A stretch of DNA of 124,000 bases from Octopus vulgaris (taxonomy: Eukaryota), in contig OX597823.1 in the NCBI GenBank assembly GCA_951406725.2, positions 38,336,001-38,460,000 of the forward strand, read 5' to 3'. Below, piece by piece: positions 1 to 16,349 of this stretch. The position numbers were made by a program, and so were the translations under genes. Below the pieces are notes generated by a model that saw only the letters and a program-made list of their open reading frames with translations, was not told the DNA's origin and made no database searches. Each line of letters begins with the position of its first letter. Within the stretch, counting starts at the first letter, position 1.

Positions 1-20
1 ATAACAGTGTAGCACAAAAC

Positions 21-1238
<1,218 letters not shown>

Positions 1239-1240
1239 TT

Positions 1241-3945
1241 CTTGTTTCAGCTCAGAGCTGTGGCCATGCTGATGCACCGCCGTTTTGTGCTACACTGTTA
1301 TTACGAAGAACCTCCTTTAATATGTGGCACTTGGTGAAGAATGGAGTTTGATATAGCTACTCTCATTTGCACCTCTTGCCGTGAGGTAGGTTCATCTGGG
1401 ATTCTCGACAGGAAGATGTCTAGCTTTGATTTAAAAACCGCTACATCTACTTTGTGCAAGTTCCTCAGACTCTTTGGAAGAATATTAAAAAGCTGTGGGC
1501 CCTTGAAACCCAGGCTGTTGCAGAAGCTGGTCCTGAAGCATGATGGCATTGCTGGGATCTTTGGCACTATGCAGTGTCGTCCTGTTCTAGCATTGGTGTA
1601 GCTTTCAATGCCAAAATTTTTCACAATTCCTACCAGGATCTTCCAGACATATATTACTGCATACCTCTCCCGTTTTCTCTCCAGGGAGTAGAGTCTTAGC
1701 TGTTTCAACATTTCCCAGTAGCTGAGCTGTTGCAAAGAGACGATCTTCTTTGTGAATCTTCTCTGGATTGCTTCAACGACCGCTGTTAATCTCACACTGG
1801 TGGGTGACCATAGCTGTGAGCAGTAATCCAGGCGGCTGAGGACGAATGTCCGCCAGAGGACCATCATGGTTTCCTTTTCTCTGATTCTAAATGTTCTCAG
1901 GATCCATCCAGCCAGTCTCCACTTTTTCACCATCCTGGTAATGTGCACTTGGAAAGAGATATCATCACACATATCGATACCCACTGACTTAGGCTCTGGG
2001 ATTGAAATTCCCTGTGGACCGGTGTACCCTGTAGGTTTAATATTCAGTTTTGGATGCTGGTAGCGCAGGGCCTGGAATTTTTCAGCATTAAGCTGCATAT
2101 TATTATCCTCAGCCCATCTGTAAATTGAGTCCAACTCCTGCTGCAGGTGTGCAACATTGCTGGGGTTCTGTATTTTCTGTGAGACTTTCATATCATCTGC
2201 ATAGCTGACCAGAGTGGCTCTCTGGGCATTTGAGGGCATATCTGAGAGGGCCACTATAAAAAGCAGTGGTCCCAAGACAGGGCCCTGTGGAACACCGCTC
2301 ACTGTTTGTGTGTTCATAGAGGTGGCTCCATTAGCCACTACTGCCTGACTCCTATCTTTCAGGAAGTCATGTAACTGTACTCCAAGTTTTCCATCTATGC
2401 CAAGGTCATGCAGTTTGTGGCATATCATACCATGATCCACCTTGTCAAAAACTTTTGCAAAATCAAGGTATATCACATACACATTTGATTTCTTGAGTAA
2501 CTGCCTCAACACCCAGTCATAATGTTGTAAGAGCTGGGTCAGGCAGTTCTTACCTTGTCGAAAACCATGTTGGGTATCACTTAGCAAGTTATTTTTTTCA
2601 AGGAATGCGATTAGTTTCCCTCTGACTATCCGTTCCATGACTTTGCTGATGTGTGAAGTCAGAGAGATAGGCCTATAGTTTTTGGCATCTGCTCTACTTC
2701 CCCCTTTATGTATTGGGCATATTATTCCTCCTTCAGCTTGCTTGGCAGTTTGACATTTGTAAGAAAGCTCTGGAAGAGAATCTTGAGGGGTTTTGTCAGG
2801 GCATGTTTACACGATTTGAGGAGGATTGCTGGGAAACTGTCTGGACCAGCAGTTGAGTTTGTGTCCACTTCATCTATGGCTAGTAGTACATCTTCTTCGC
2901 TAATGTCAATGTATTCTATTGTAACTGCCTCGCTGGTTATAGGTGAGGCGGCAAAGAAGTCCACTGGTTCGTTCACTTGTCTGTGTTCCAACGGGGTGGT
3001 AAAGACACTTTTGAACTGGTCATTCAATATCTCACTGATCTTAGTTGGACTGTCTGTGAGGGAGCCATCCTTTTGGAGGAGGGGGTCCTATCTTGTAGTG
3101 CACTGAGGCTGTTTCTTTTGCGTAATGTAAGAAGGCCTTTGGGTTTGACTTAATGTTTTTTATAACCCAGGCTTCTTTGTCTGCTTTCTCCCTCACATAG
3201 GATTGTTGCAGCCTTTTTTCGATCTCTATCAGTGTTGTTTTTAGGCGGGACGTTTCGCTGCTTTCGGGATGTTGGTTGAGTTGATTTGCAACCTTCGTCC
3301 GTCATCTCATGAGGATCTTCCTATCTCTTGGAATCTTGCTCCTATTTGTTTTGGCCTTGTGCTCTGGGACATATTTCTGGCATATGGCTTGCACAGAAGA
3401 TATGAAACATTCTAGTTTCATGTCAATGTCTGGTGTGGAGATAAATTTCGGCCAGTCCTCTCTGAGGATCTCTTTTTGGATTGATTTCCAATCTGCTTTG
3501 TGGAAGTTCAGATTGGAGAGATTTTGGGTGCTTCCTTTAGGCTGTATGTCTCTGGTTACTTTCGGCCCAAGCATAGACAGCTCTATTATGTTGTGATCCG
3601 AGACTAATGTCGGTGTCCCTTTCACATTATGAATGATGTCCATATTGTTCGTGAAGCAGAGATCCAGAATGTTATTCGCCCTAGTTGGTTTGAGTACAAC
3701 TTGCTCCATGAATAAGGCATTGGTGAGGTTGAGCAGGGACTCCACCTGTGCTTGCTTGCAATGAGTCATTCCTGAGAGTATGAGACCTTCGGGCCATTTG
3801 ACATTGGGGAAGTTGAAATCACCCATTAGAAATATGGTTACGTGGTGTTCCAGATTCATGAGGATTTCTTTAATTCTTGTGAGGCAATCTTCAAACTTGC
3901 CTATGTGGTTTGGAGCTATCCGGTGGGCAATATGTATTGCATATG
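1241..3945 (-). mobile_element. Older 5'-truncated CR1-group LINE with fragmented APE and RT
   Basis: ORFs 3302-3859 (LMGDFNFP, SDHN), 2722-3027 (GPDSFP) and 1301-2638 (QHGFR, YLDFAKVFDKVDH, GVPQG, YADD). The 3' end resembles that of the 73957 LINE. Confidence 0.92.
1301..2638 (-). pseudogene. Non-LTR reverse transcriptase domain, 445 aa fragment of a broken ORF2
   Basis: RT motifs in the ORF track; upstream ORF2 parts are in other frames or interrupted. Confidence 0.9.
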
Positions 3946-5543
3946 ACTATATTATGTTGTCTTATGTATACAATTAGAGTGTTGCCTTGGCTTCAGTTAA
4001 TTTTGAAAACAATGGAAAATTTAGTAAAATAACTTAGTCATTATTAGCTGGTGTTTGAGGCATAAATTAGTCTGCAATTCTAATGTATTTTAATTTAAAT
4101 AACTTTAGAACAAGAAGTTTATATCATAGAATCAGGGCAGTCTCAGATGGATTAATATCAATTAGGTTAAAGTTGATTATAATAGAGAAATGATAGTGGG
4201 ACATTTTTATCATTAAAGAATTAATTCTGAAATCCAGTATCTGAGAGGTTAAATGATCTCTTCAAATATTCATTTATTATTGAAATTCTTATTGTCCAGC
4301 CTACATCAAAATCAATGGCATTTCTGGATTCTACAAGTAATTGTGGTTCCTGATATATTTTAATATTGCTACATTCATCAGAGAAAAGTTACAACTTGTA
4401 AAATGCAAGACAGCTCTCAACCCCAAAGTTTTTGAACTTTTTGGTCAGAATTAACTGAAAACTTTGGAATTGCACTTTCTGCCACAAATTTATTCTTTGC
4501 TAAGCTTCTACAATATGGAATAGGTGTTGGTGTTGTTTTCCAAGTTTATTAGATCTATCCTCTAAGAATTACTTCGGGAACTGCAGCTGTGATGACAGAT
4601 GCTTCCAGTAATTTTCAAAGAAACTAGAGGTACTACCAAACTTTGAGAGAGAGTTAGAAACAGCAGGAAGAAACAACTGAGGCTCAAGAAGTACCATAAA
4701 ATCCAAAGCAGAATTTCAAAGTAAATTCCTGCTATGTTGTCTTGAACATGCTACAAAAAAATAATTACTTATTTGGCTTCCTGGATATATACTAAGGAAA
4801 ACAATCTACTGAAGATGCATTTAAGGGTTGCAAGGATTGTGAAAAATCCTTGTTCATAAAAGAAACGAAAATATTGATACTAAAGATTTACGCCACAAAG
4901 TTAGCAATAACTTGAAAACTTCCAAACTTTATGCTGCTGCATATGTTTCTCTTCATGCAATAAGAACTATTACCGAATATTTCTGATGTTCCTTTCCAGA
5001 CAACTAGTATCAACGGCAAATGGGGAACAATTTCACATAGCTCAAATTTATAAAAACATGTTGTCAACAGTATTACAAAAGTGACTAATTGGTTTAGTAA
5101 CCATGTCAACTGAACTTCTTATTGTTCAATCTGATTAAATTGGTGACAAATTTATAAAGGGTAAGGCATACTAAGACAAATTTTTATGTTCCTGAAAGTG
5201 AGGTTTTGATAAGATTTAAATTTTAACCAGACAGTTCATAAGATTCTGGTATGTTTGTCTTTAAGTAAGATATTGTTGGTTACACTAAGTAAACATAAAA
5301 GGACATAAAAGATATGTGAAGTAAAAGGTTTCAATGTAGTGTTACTTTATAGAAAATACGGTTTCGACCAAGTGTCTTCAGGATCAAAATTATTCCTATG
5401 TCAAAATATTTTTCATTTGTATTTCAGAAAGTTAATCAAACATTGATGCATTATTTATTCTTGCAATTTAAAATAAATTTAGAAGTTTCAAATTTTATGC
5501 CTTTTACTTTTTGTGCTACAAAATGTCTGCTTTAGAAAATTTA

Positions 5544-5760
5544 TCATCATTGTCTTCATCATCATTTAATGTCCTTGTACCATACTGGCATGGGTTGGAC
5601 AGTTTGACAGGATCTGACTGGTCCAAAGACTGCATTATGCTTCACTATCTACTTTGGCATGGTTTTTATGATTGGGTACCCTTTCTAATGCCAATCACTT
5701 TACAAAATGTGCTAGGTGCTTTTTTCATACCATTAGTACCAGTGAAGGCATCACACAGCT
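5544..5760. mobile_element. Dispersed SINE-like repeat, family B (catcatcatttaatgtcc...ggatgcccttcctaatgccaaccac)
   Basis: Same motif recurs near 10.7-11.0, 17.45-17.7, 28.7-29.07, 43.4-43.7, 54.95-55.14, 61.8, 68.3, 97.3-97.56, 109.3 and 112.3 kb. Confidence 0.8.
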
Positions 5761-8057
5761 TGCAAGAGTTTGAAGTTGATAACTTTTTGGGTGAGTGCAA
5801 AAAAGTTGGTTTATGCTTGGTTGTAAAATAGTCCACACATTGTAAAATAGGCCACACATTGTGATGTCCACACATTGATGTCCACACATTATGATGCAAA
5901 AAAAAAAAAAAAGATGTCAGATGGTTGTAGTCTGCTATAAATGGGTAACTTAACCAAGAAATTGTCATGCTATTGTTAGTTTTCATTGTTTTTGTTTAAT
6001 TGTTCCAAGACTGGATAATCATTGTCAATGTACATAAATCTAATTTAATATACTGCACAGCTGTTATAAATGAACCTCTCTAAATGTGTATAAGATGACT
6101 GTTAATTAAACAAATGCAACTTTCACTAAAGAAGAATGTCTTGATTTAGTTATAATTGGTAATGTTGTTTCAACTTGCATTGTTCATGAAGCTGATATAT
6201 TTTTATGGTATATATATACAAGGTTGAGTAGTTGTGTTTGTAATCTGGTTTGTTTTTGTCATCTGGGATTTTTTTTGACAAATTCATTTTTTTAGAATTG
6301 TTAAACGATTGTATTACATAATCATTGACATCTAGTTTGGGCTATCTGGGTTTTATCTTCAAATTCATTGAACCAAATTTATACATAGTTGTTGTGCAAC
6401 CCCAGAGTATTCTGATCAATTAATTCTAATTTATGCCTAGTATTATACTTTGTATAATATAATTCCTGTGTGTATTTACATTTTGCTTTACCACAAATCC
6501 TTGCTTATTCTCTTCCTGTATGGTGAACAAAGTCATTTCCCTCATACTTTTGGTTCTATTTCCCCATTTTTTTCTCTAAATTTTGAACTGCTGATTTATT
6601 TAACAAATTCTACCTAGAAAAAGGTTGTTGGTATAAAGAATTACTAATATCTAAGAGGGTTAAAACCACACATGAACTTAAATTATGTGGATTAATGAAA
6701 ACAGAATTTGATATATTTCCATTGAAGGAAAGTGTGTTTAATTAATAAGATGTTACAAAGCTGGGAGATATTTTAGCAAGTTTCATGATTGGTTTTGACT
6801 ATTGTATTATAGCTGGTATTTTCTATTTCTGATAAAGTGTTGAATATCTTTTTTCTTTTTATTTATTTCTGCATTTTCTATATTGGAAAGCTAGCTATCT
6901 TCTTTATTGATTACTTAATAGATGGCTTAAGTCTTTAAGAAAAAGAACAGATGCCTGCTCTGAGTTTTAGCCATATTATTAGAATGAATTTCACATGAAA
7001 GTTTCTTTACTTGTTTTGGAAAGAGTAGGTTAAAGAAGTAAGAAAGATAAATTTTCTTGTGCAAAATATTGATTTTACAAAGTACATTTAATGTTTGTAA
7101 TATAAGTGTCAATTAGCTTGTATTTTCTTATTACTTCTATTAACCACTATTCTATGTTGATATAGCCTTGGAAGAAGATTAACTCTTTTTCTATTTCATC
7201 TTTCTTTAGGTTTCTCTACTAGTTTCAGATCATTGAGGTCACTTTTAATTAGGTTTGGCAGTTTTCATTTTAGTTACTTTTATTTTATTTTTACAAAGTC
7301 ATGTCATTTGTTCATTTAATTTGCATCATTCATTTTTATTATATACTCTCTGTATACACATTTAACTTACAACCTGGTATGTTAAAAAGATCAAAAATGG
7401 TTGTTCTTTATACATCTATCCTAACTCTTTTGAAAGCAAATTGGCAGGATTACAGTTGCTCATTAACCTGCAAATAGATACCATCTAGAAAGTTGGTTGG
7501 TTGTAGATCTTGATTGGAACTAACAGCAGTGTTGTGATAATATTGAGGGCTTCTTTGGTTTGGATCTTTCACTCCACTGGATATGAGCAGTGTTGCTGTT
7601 AAGGAATTTGCTGCAAACTTCTATCATGTTCTATGTATATATGTGTCATTCAGAAAAACCAATCTTGTTGACTTAAGATTAGTAAAGCTGTCAACTGTAT
7701 TTGTGCATTGTAGTGTGGGTTGGCGGAGTTATTTTCAACCCAGACCCTATCAACTCTGGTATAGCCCAAAGCTATTACCTACATATTTCCTTTTGTACAT
7801 TAGTGACCTACTTGTTATCACCTCTAAAAGCAAACACTCCTCTGTAAAGGATAACATCATTCACATATACATTCACATATACAAACTAGACTTGGGCAAT
7901 TTGAAAACATCTTCAATAAAATAAATTTCATTAGACAATACCTAGAATTACTATGCATACCAAAAAATGTCGTTATCACACCTGTACACATGGATATATA
8001 AAAATTTCAAATTTGCTACAAATCTTTGGTCTCACTATCTGATCACTTATTGCAACC

Positions 8058-8114
<57 letters not shown>

Positions 8115-8115
<1 letters not shown>

Positions 8116-8241
8116 TTGTGTCTGGGGAGAGTCATTCTCTTTTGGTGCCTTATAATTTAACACACTTATAAGTGGAAATTTTACTGGTGAGTGTGTTAAA
8201 TTATAAGGCACCAAAAGAGAATGACTCTCCCCAGACACAAC
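8115..8241. repeat. Perfect inverted repeat, 52 bp arms, 23 bp spacer, next to (TA)n
   Basis: gttgtgtctggggagagtcattctcttttggtgccttataatttaacacact (8115-8166) and its reverse complement (8190-8241). Confidence 0.95.
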
Positions 8242-8695
8242 AGAATATGCTTCAACACACGAACTCACATAAAGAATCGTGTAAACCAAATCCAAAAGCG
8301 AAATATGTATATTCATATATTAAACAATAGGATTCTTCTTTTGAGTCAAAAAATTCTTTATTTCTGATAAGTTGCTTACCTTCAACAGTGCTCAAGTAAA
8401 AACCTCATTGAGGTACTGCTTACATTTTTGGGACATTGTTGCTTGTTAGAAGCAAACATCAAGGACCACATCTGAAAGAAAGCCTGGTTGGCAAAGATTT
8501 GTACATCAACATTTTTTTGACCACTTCTCACTGTTGCACTGTCTCTTCTTTCCTTTTCTATTGCTGTTACAATGGCTTCCATTTTTCTGAACTTGCTAAC
8601 TGCATTCTCTCTATCCTTTTAGGCCCAGTTGTTTGACCTTTCTCTTTTTCTCTTCCTGTTATCATTATTAGGTGTTATCATCATGTGTCCCACCA

Positions 8696-8912
8696 AGGTG
8701 GTGAGCTGGCAGAATCGTTAGCATGCCAGGTGAAATGTTTAGTGGTATTTCATCTGCTGCTACATTCTGAGTTCAAATTTTGCTGAGGTTGACTTTGCCC
8801 TTCATCCTTTTGGGGTCGATAAATTAAGTACCAGTGAAACACTGGGCTTGATGTTATCGACTAATCCCCACCCTCAAATTTCAGGCCTTGTGTCTATAGT
8901 AAAAAGGATTAT
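8696..8912 (+). mobile_element. tRNA-derived SINE, family A
   Basis: A-box-like gtggtgagctggcagaatcgttagc and B-box-like gagttcaaatt. Further copies near 13.73-13.95 (minus), 36.8, 54.8-54.93 (minus), 60.7, 60.9, 112.73 and 122.47 kb. Confidence 0.8.
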
Positions 8913-9134
8913 TATGTGTCTCATTTCCCCCAGCCTTGCACTAAACACTTCATACAAACCTTCTTTCCAAGATCTTCAATCTAGATACTAATCATATAAA
9001 ACCTTTTATCTTGGAGCTATTCATAACTCACAAGCACTGTTCCTCTGACTGTAAGGGAAAAATTTATTTATATAGATAAAGACAAAAATATACATGTACA
9101 TAAATATATATGTACAAGTATGTATATATATATA

Positions 9135-9790
9135 CAGGGTGTGTAAGATATTTGAGAACAGATTTATATTCATAAAAAAAAACCCAGATATATATAATAA
9201 CAGATAACTTTATTAAAAAATGCTATGAGGATAAAAATAAACCTTCTTTTCTATAATGTTATTCAATAAAGCCACCTTCAGCTTCAACAACTGCTTCTAT
9301 ATGAGATCTAAATTATCTACATGCATGAATCAAGTGGTCCTAGTTCATTTTGGACATTATTCTGACTATGGCAGCTTTCAAAGAATCTTTGGTGTTATGG
9401 GCATATTCATTGACTTCTCTCTCAATAACGCTTACATGTAATAGTCCAATGAATTGAGATCTGGGGAATTAGGAGGCCAAATTTTAGGGGTTATGTGATC
9501 ATGAAAATTTTCAACCATCCATTCCTGTGTTACTAGAGCCATATGCGATAGTGCAGAGACTTACTGAAACACATATGACCTCTCATTGCATACACTGTCT
9601 ATCCAGGGCTTAACAATTATTTTCAGGATCTCAATGTAGGTGGCAAAGTTAACTCTAAGGCCTTGTGGAAAGAAGTAAGGTGGCATCACATGTCCTTCAT
9701 TGCTGACAACCATGATAGTTGCAGGATGTTTTGTATGCAAAACACTTGTAACTTCAGAAGGGTCTGCACATAACTATCTGTCATTTGTTC
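9135..9790 (-). mobile_element. Degenerate Tc1-family transposon remnant
   Basis: TA-cagggtgt terminus; the minus strand at 9440-9480 encodes WPPNSPDLNSLDY. Confidence 0.7.
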
Positions 9791-9869
9791 TGTTAACTTT
9801 TTAATGTTGGTCGAAGTTTTTCTCGTTTGAGAAAAACCAAATCAAATCTTCTTCTGACCGGTGGCATTG

Positions 9870-10610
9870 CATGAAGTTATACTGTCACATGGTGTGTCTT
9901 TGTTTTGCATTACTTCTTCCTTGTTTGTCAATTTTTGCAATGGTGGAAATAAAAGAACAGCATGCTTCCATGAAATTCTGTTTTCTGCTGGAGGAAATGG
10001 TGGCTGAAACAATTGTCATGCTTCAAACAGCTTACAAAGATGCTGCCATGAGCAAAACACAAGTTTATGAGTGATTTCCATGCTTTAGGAATGGTCACTT
10101 GTTGCTTGAAGACCAACCTCGTTCAGGATGACCATCAACCTCTCAAACAAATGAAAACATCATGAAAATTCATGAACTGATCTTGGAGGAACATAACTGA
10201 ACAACTTATTGACATGACTGGTGTGTCCTGGAACTCCTGTCAATGAATTTTGAGTGAGGAATTGTGAATGAAAAGAGTTGCAGCGAAATTTGTATCTTGC
10301 TTGTTCATGGAAGATCAAAAAAGCTGTCATGATTGAATGCATCTCATGGACTGAAAGAACAGTTGAAAGTTGATCCAGACCTTTTTTCAAAGGTCATCAC
10401 TAGTGAAAAAGTTGATGCTATGGAATTTGCAGATGTGGAAGAGGTGAAGAAAAAATCGATGGGAGCATTAAAAGGCATCACTTCATAAGAATTTCAGTAC
10501 TGCTTCAAATAGTGGAAAACATGCCTGGACTGATGCATTGCTTCAAATGGAAAATACTTTGAAGGCAATAAACATGTAAAACTAAGTAAATAAAATAATA
10601 TTGAAAATTT
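9870..10610 (+). mobile_element. Degenerate mariner remnant
   Basis: ORF 9871-10074 (MLQTAYKDAAMSKTQVYE) followed by EDQPRSG-like and C-terminal transposase fragments; related to the 93.7 kb element. Confidence 0.8.
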
Positions 10611-10974
10611 CATCATCTGACACAAGATTGCCTCTTCCAATACCCCCATCCCTCTCAAAATCCTTGTCTCGCTAGTTACTTGATGACCTTGTGAGTGCTG
10701 GTGCCACATAAAAAACATCCAGTCCACACTGCAAAGTGGTTGGCATTTGGAGGGGCATCCAGCTGTAAAAATAATGCCAAAACTGACTTCACCTGTGCTA
10801 GTGCCATGTAAAAAGCACTGAGTCCACTCTGCAGATTAGTTGGTGTTAGGAAGGGCATCCAGCTGTAAAAATCCTGCCAAAACAGACACAATAGTCTGAG
10901 GTAGTCTTCTACTTGGCTAGCTCCTGTCAGCCATCCAACGCATGCATGCATGGAAGATGGATGCTAAATGATGA

Positions 10975-11033
<59 letters not shown>

Positions 11034-11689
11034 TTCTGTATGTGTGTGTGTGTGTGTACATACTGTATGCAGTATGGCCTTTCTGTTAGTAAAAAGAGCT
11101 TAGTAATGTGATGGCATTCTGCTAACAAGTTAGCATAATTTGCATTGTGTAATTTTTAAATTCAGTGAACTTGATTTTCTATGACATTTTAGTCACCTAA
11201 GATTTGTTTGCAATACAATGATTCAGAATTAAAAAAAACATTGATCAGATGTAAACTATTTCTGTCATATTAACATTTCTAGAGATTCATCATTTAACTT
11301 TTGATGTAGTTCATTTTAAGATGTGTGCACATGTTGTCTATAATTGTTGAATATTAGAATATAAAATTGTAAAAAAAAATATTCTGATGTTAAAAAGTGT
11401 TAACTGGCCAGACATGGGATGTAAGCCAGAAAATGGTGCAATGCTAGTTAAAAACATATAGTAAGCATTTTATGAACTAAACATTCTTCTATGAATATTT
11501 TGGTAGATCTCTCTCTCTCTTTTTCTCTCATGTTTACATATATGAATTATCATCATCATCTTAAAAACTACTTTTCCCTGCTTGCTCCCTTCATGAAATT
11601 TTCTATTACTGGATGCCCATCGTGACACCAATACACATGTGTTTCCCAGCAAGGTAATTATCTCCACAATGAATTGAAAGGTGATCAGT

Positions 11690-13040
11690 CTATTTCTGCA
11701 TATGTGGATGATGCCACCATCACTGTATCTGATGAAACTCAGCTACCTTGTGTAGAGGATGCAATCAAAGGATACAAGGTGGTGGCACGGGCAAAAATTA
11801 ACAAGGACGAGTCCATCGGCTCAGCACCTGGAGTGGCAAGATGATACTGTCCAGTGTCCCACGACACTGGATGGAAGGTCCTGTTAAGTTGCTTGGAGTC
11901 TGGTTTGGACCAGATTCCTAGACGGAGAAGAACTGGAGTGAGGTGGCGACCCTAATCCGGACCTAGTCTGGAAGGACACTATCCTTGAAGGGGAGGGCAG
12001 AGGTGGTGCAAGTGTATATTGCATCTGTTATCACCTACCATCTGACTGTTGTCTCTTGCTCTGATTCATGGCTAAACAAGTTGGAACGCTTTCTCCTCTG
12101 CTTTTTGTGGAGGGAAGGAAAACTGCTTGTGAGGCACTCTGCTGCCAAAAACCACTAAAGGGTGGGCTAGGCATGCCATGTCTGATGATGCGCAAACATG
12201 CACTGAGACTGAGGCACCTCTGGCTCTACTTGGAGGGTGACCAGGTGTGGAATACACTGGTGGAGACATTCTTTCTGCGATGGACCTCTTTGGAGGAATT
12301 CAAACCCAATTTCATAAAAAGACAGAACTTGACTGAATGGCAAAAAGAGTGTCAATGGGCACTTGTGCTAATCCACAAGGTGAGCAAAGCCGGTAGCGGG
12401 AGTACCACCTTGATACTCTATAGCAGGCTGGTAGAGTTCAAGAGGAATAACATCCTAGGAGAAGCTCTGGGGCTCGATGAGGCTAGCTAGCCAACCTGTT
12501 TCAAAGAACTTTCAGGTCAGGGTACCTGGATAACTACCAGAAATCCCTGACCTGGCAGTGCTATAGGAGTGCTTTATCTGTTCATGATAAACTGTCTAGG
12601 TATGGGATGTCTGTGCCACCATGCCCAAGGTGCAGGCAGGATGATGAAATTGTTCTGCATGCCCTTGTACAGTGCCCGGAGCTTTTGGGCTTGATAGTTT
12701 ATGCAGAACACATGCTGTCGCATCTAGGAAGAGTACAGCTATTGGCTGAGTGCATGATTAAGATTGCACCTCTACCCAGACTATCAAAGGAAGTTGAGAC
12801 ATGTATTGAAAGAAGTCACAATGGGAACATTCATCTCCAGCCCTGGTTTGCTATATTACTTGAGATATCATCTGAAGAGCAAGATAGGGCTGGAGAAAAG
12901 ACACCTGTCACAAAGTGTATATGGAAAAAGATGGAAGGATGTGGTAAGGAAGTTTGGAGTGAATGGCCCTATGTAATATCATCCATAGTAAAGGAGTATG
13001 GTGCTGCTGGTTTTCTTCATGGCCAAGGTGTAAAATTTTA
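11690..13040 (+). mobile_element. Degenerate Tx1/L1-clade LINE ORF2, C-terminal half
   Basis: YVDDATI-like RT motif near 11.7 kb, KGGLGMP (ORF 12068-12490) and C-terminal zinc finger CPRCRQDDEIVLHALVQC (ORF 12607). Confidence 0.75.
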
Positions 13041-14062
13041 AGTGTATCTAATTTATAATTGTATCTAATATAAATCATCATATTTTTAAAATCTCATTAA
13101 AACGAACTCATAAACACTATTTGTTTGTAATGTCCTGTATTGTCCCCTCTATGTATTGATATTGTATTATCATAATAAAGAATACATCTCTACCAGATGA
13201 GGTGTCCAGTACTGAAGAGAAGTAGAAATAGCCTGAAACCAGACCGGTTCCATCACTAGAAGGTGGTAGGGGTTTGTTCACAGTATATCGGATACAGCTG
13301 TGTATTGTTAACCAGCTAGAGGAGATGTTCTCTTGGGGTTACAAAATCACAGTAAATTCCGCTGGAATGGAACAGCCATGTTGAAGTGGCTATGAACATT
13401 ACTTACTAGTACAACTGCTGTGATCATCTCTTAAAGAGATTTTAGAATTAGATTTTTAGCTTTTATATATTATTTTATTTTTATTTTATCTTTATCTAGT
13501 TTCAGCTCACAAGCTGTGGCCATGTGTATATATATATTTATTATACTTTTACAAGATGAAGGGTGGCAATAACTTTGAAGTTTCAACCTGGTAGTCTTTG
13601 TCAACCTACAATGGACAGTCTGATGAAAGCTGTCAGGATGAAACTTCAAAGTCACTGTCATTGGTCCTCTTGTACAAGTTTGATAAATATGTACTCTACA
13701 AAAAGTATTGAATAATTCATCAGTTTAATATTGGTTTCAAATTTTGACACAAAGCCAGCAATTTCAGGGGAGGGGAGAAGTTGTTTATATCAACCCCCAT
13801 GTTCAACTAGTACTTATTTTATCGACCCTGAAAGGATGAAAGGCAAAGTCGACCTTGGCGGAATTTGAACTCAGTATGTAAAGACAGACAAGATGTCATT
13901 AAGCATTTTGTGTTGCATGCTAATGATTCTGCCAGCTTGCTGCCTTGCCTTCAATTTAATATTAAATTGATTTTATTATAATTTGACATAAAAACAAACA
14001 TTGCATCTTGTCACAGGGTGCTGTCCTTGTCTCTTCCCTCTTTATTGTCATTTTGTTAAATA

Positions 14063-14095
<33 letters not shown>

Positions 14096-16349
14096 GCACA
14101 TACTGGCACTCATGCCACATATACACTCATATATAGACAAATACACACACACACACACATACACACATATATAGGCTGCAGTCAAATGACCGAAACAAGT
14201 AAAAGAATGTGTGTGTGTGTGTATCATTTAACTCCTGTCTGCATGCTAGCTTGGGTTTGAGGATGACATAATACTCCAATGTTTTAGTTTTTGGCATGGT
14301 TTCTATGGCTGAATGTCTTTCATTATGTCAATCACTTTAAAAGTGTACTGAGTGCTATTTTTGTGACACCAGTATTCATGAAATTGCCATTTATAAATAT
14401 ATATATGTTTAAATATATACATATGTCTGTATGTATGTGCATGTATATACATGTGCATATATTTGTAAATATGTGTATATGTATATGCGTATTTGTATAA
14501 GTATGCATATCTATATGTGTATATCGGTATAAATATATGTACACGTATATCATATACATATAAAAAGTAGTCCATAAATAACCATCATTGATGATGGCTT
14601 AAGTGGATAAAATTTTGAAGTCACTGTCAACAACGTTCTTGTATAAGAATAAGAAATTTGTAGTCTACAAAAGTATAGAATATGATTAATGTAAAATTGT
14701 TTTTATTATAACAACATAAAAACAAACATTATGACAGACACACCTGCGCGTGCATGTGCAAACTACATATTTTGAAAGTTATATTAAGCAGAAAATATTG
14801 AAATTTTTTTTTTTATAAAAATAGAAATCAAATATATTTATTGCGTTTTTCATTTAATACTTGTAGAACTGGTTACTGGTAATTCTGTGGCTGCTACAAG
14901 TATCAATGTTTTGCACTAATAATCTGCAATTGTTAGAAATTGTGAACATGTATACTTTTGCAGGGTCTTAATATATATTTTTTTATGTGCTTATATTGAT
15001 AGTACTTCACTTAGCTGAATATATGTGACTGATATAAATGTTTGTGCCTAACATTCTACATTACTCAAATGTTTATGTATTTAGACCTACGACTGCATTT
15101 TTAACACCTGTATTTTCCATTCTCATTCATTACATTAGCATCTATTATAGAAGTCATTGATTTTTTTGCACTTAATCATCCAAGAGCATTTTTGTGTATA
15201 GCTAAAGCAGCCAGTTTATTAAAATGGATCAGTAAATGAGAAGCCTTTCAAAATAGATATATTTAGTAGATACACTGCAATTTAAGTATTCCTTTCTTAG
15301 TTTTATTTCTTTTAAAGTTTGGTTGTAGATTTACTGTTACTTATATATTATTGTGTTGTTTTATTGATCTTAGCATTGTGAAGGTTGAATCCATAATATT
15401 TTGAGTCCACTGACCTCAGTGTTTTTTATAGGTAATATATGTTAATATGTGAAAGGAAGTTTTGAACAGATATTTTTTCTATGAATCATAATTAATGTAT
15501 GTTACTGTTCTGGTATATTGGGAAAATAATTTCAATTGCTGCATAGATTCATTACATTAAGTATTGAAAAGTGCTGTAAATGATTTTAGTGTAATAAAAA
15601 CTAACCCTTTTTTATATATAATATTGTAAATTTCAGACTTGGAAGTCATTTAACAGTAACAATAGTGTTAAGTATTTTCAACATTAGAAAAATAATAATG
15701 TAAGTGGATAGAAACAATTGCACTTTTAATACTATAATTTTAACTTAGAGAAGTTTATTTTATAGTTGTTGGAAGGATTTAAGGTTTCTATAAAACGTTT
15801 GCTGTCATTGCATATAAATTTGTATATATTTACTGTAGAAAGAATGAGGACTCAATTGAGAAGAAGACGTCAGTAAAGAAATAATACGATTTTCTTTATT
15901 ATTGAAACTGCTTAATCACATTGATAAAAAGCTGCTGGATTACTGCAAATCCACAGCTAATTATATTCAATAAAGATAAGTACAAGCAAGTATATAGCAG
16001 GTGAAAAAGAATTAGTCCTAAAAATGTAATTTGCCAATAGAACCACATTTGGAAATAATATACAGGTATTCAGAAAAGCATAAATGTTCATTGCTTGTTC
16101 AATATCTAAAGAATAAATCTGTGTTTAAATAGAATATAGTTCAAATAATGTCTTTAGCAAATACCTACAGGATCAGGTTAACAACTTGTTAACCCACTAC
16201 TGTTAAGAAATATAAGAGGTTGAGACAGTGGAAAGAATTGCTTTTTTGTCTAAAGTGGATCCATCCAAACAGGCAAATTTTGAATTTCTTACAGAAATCT
16301 TTATTTTATACAATTTTTATTTTCTTTATGTTACTCAAAAATATAGAGT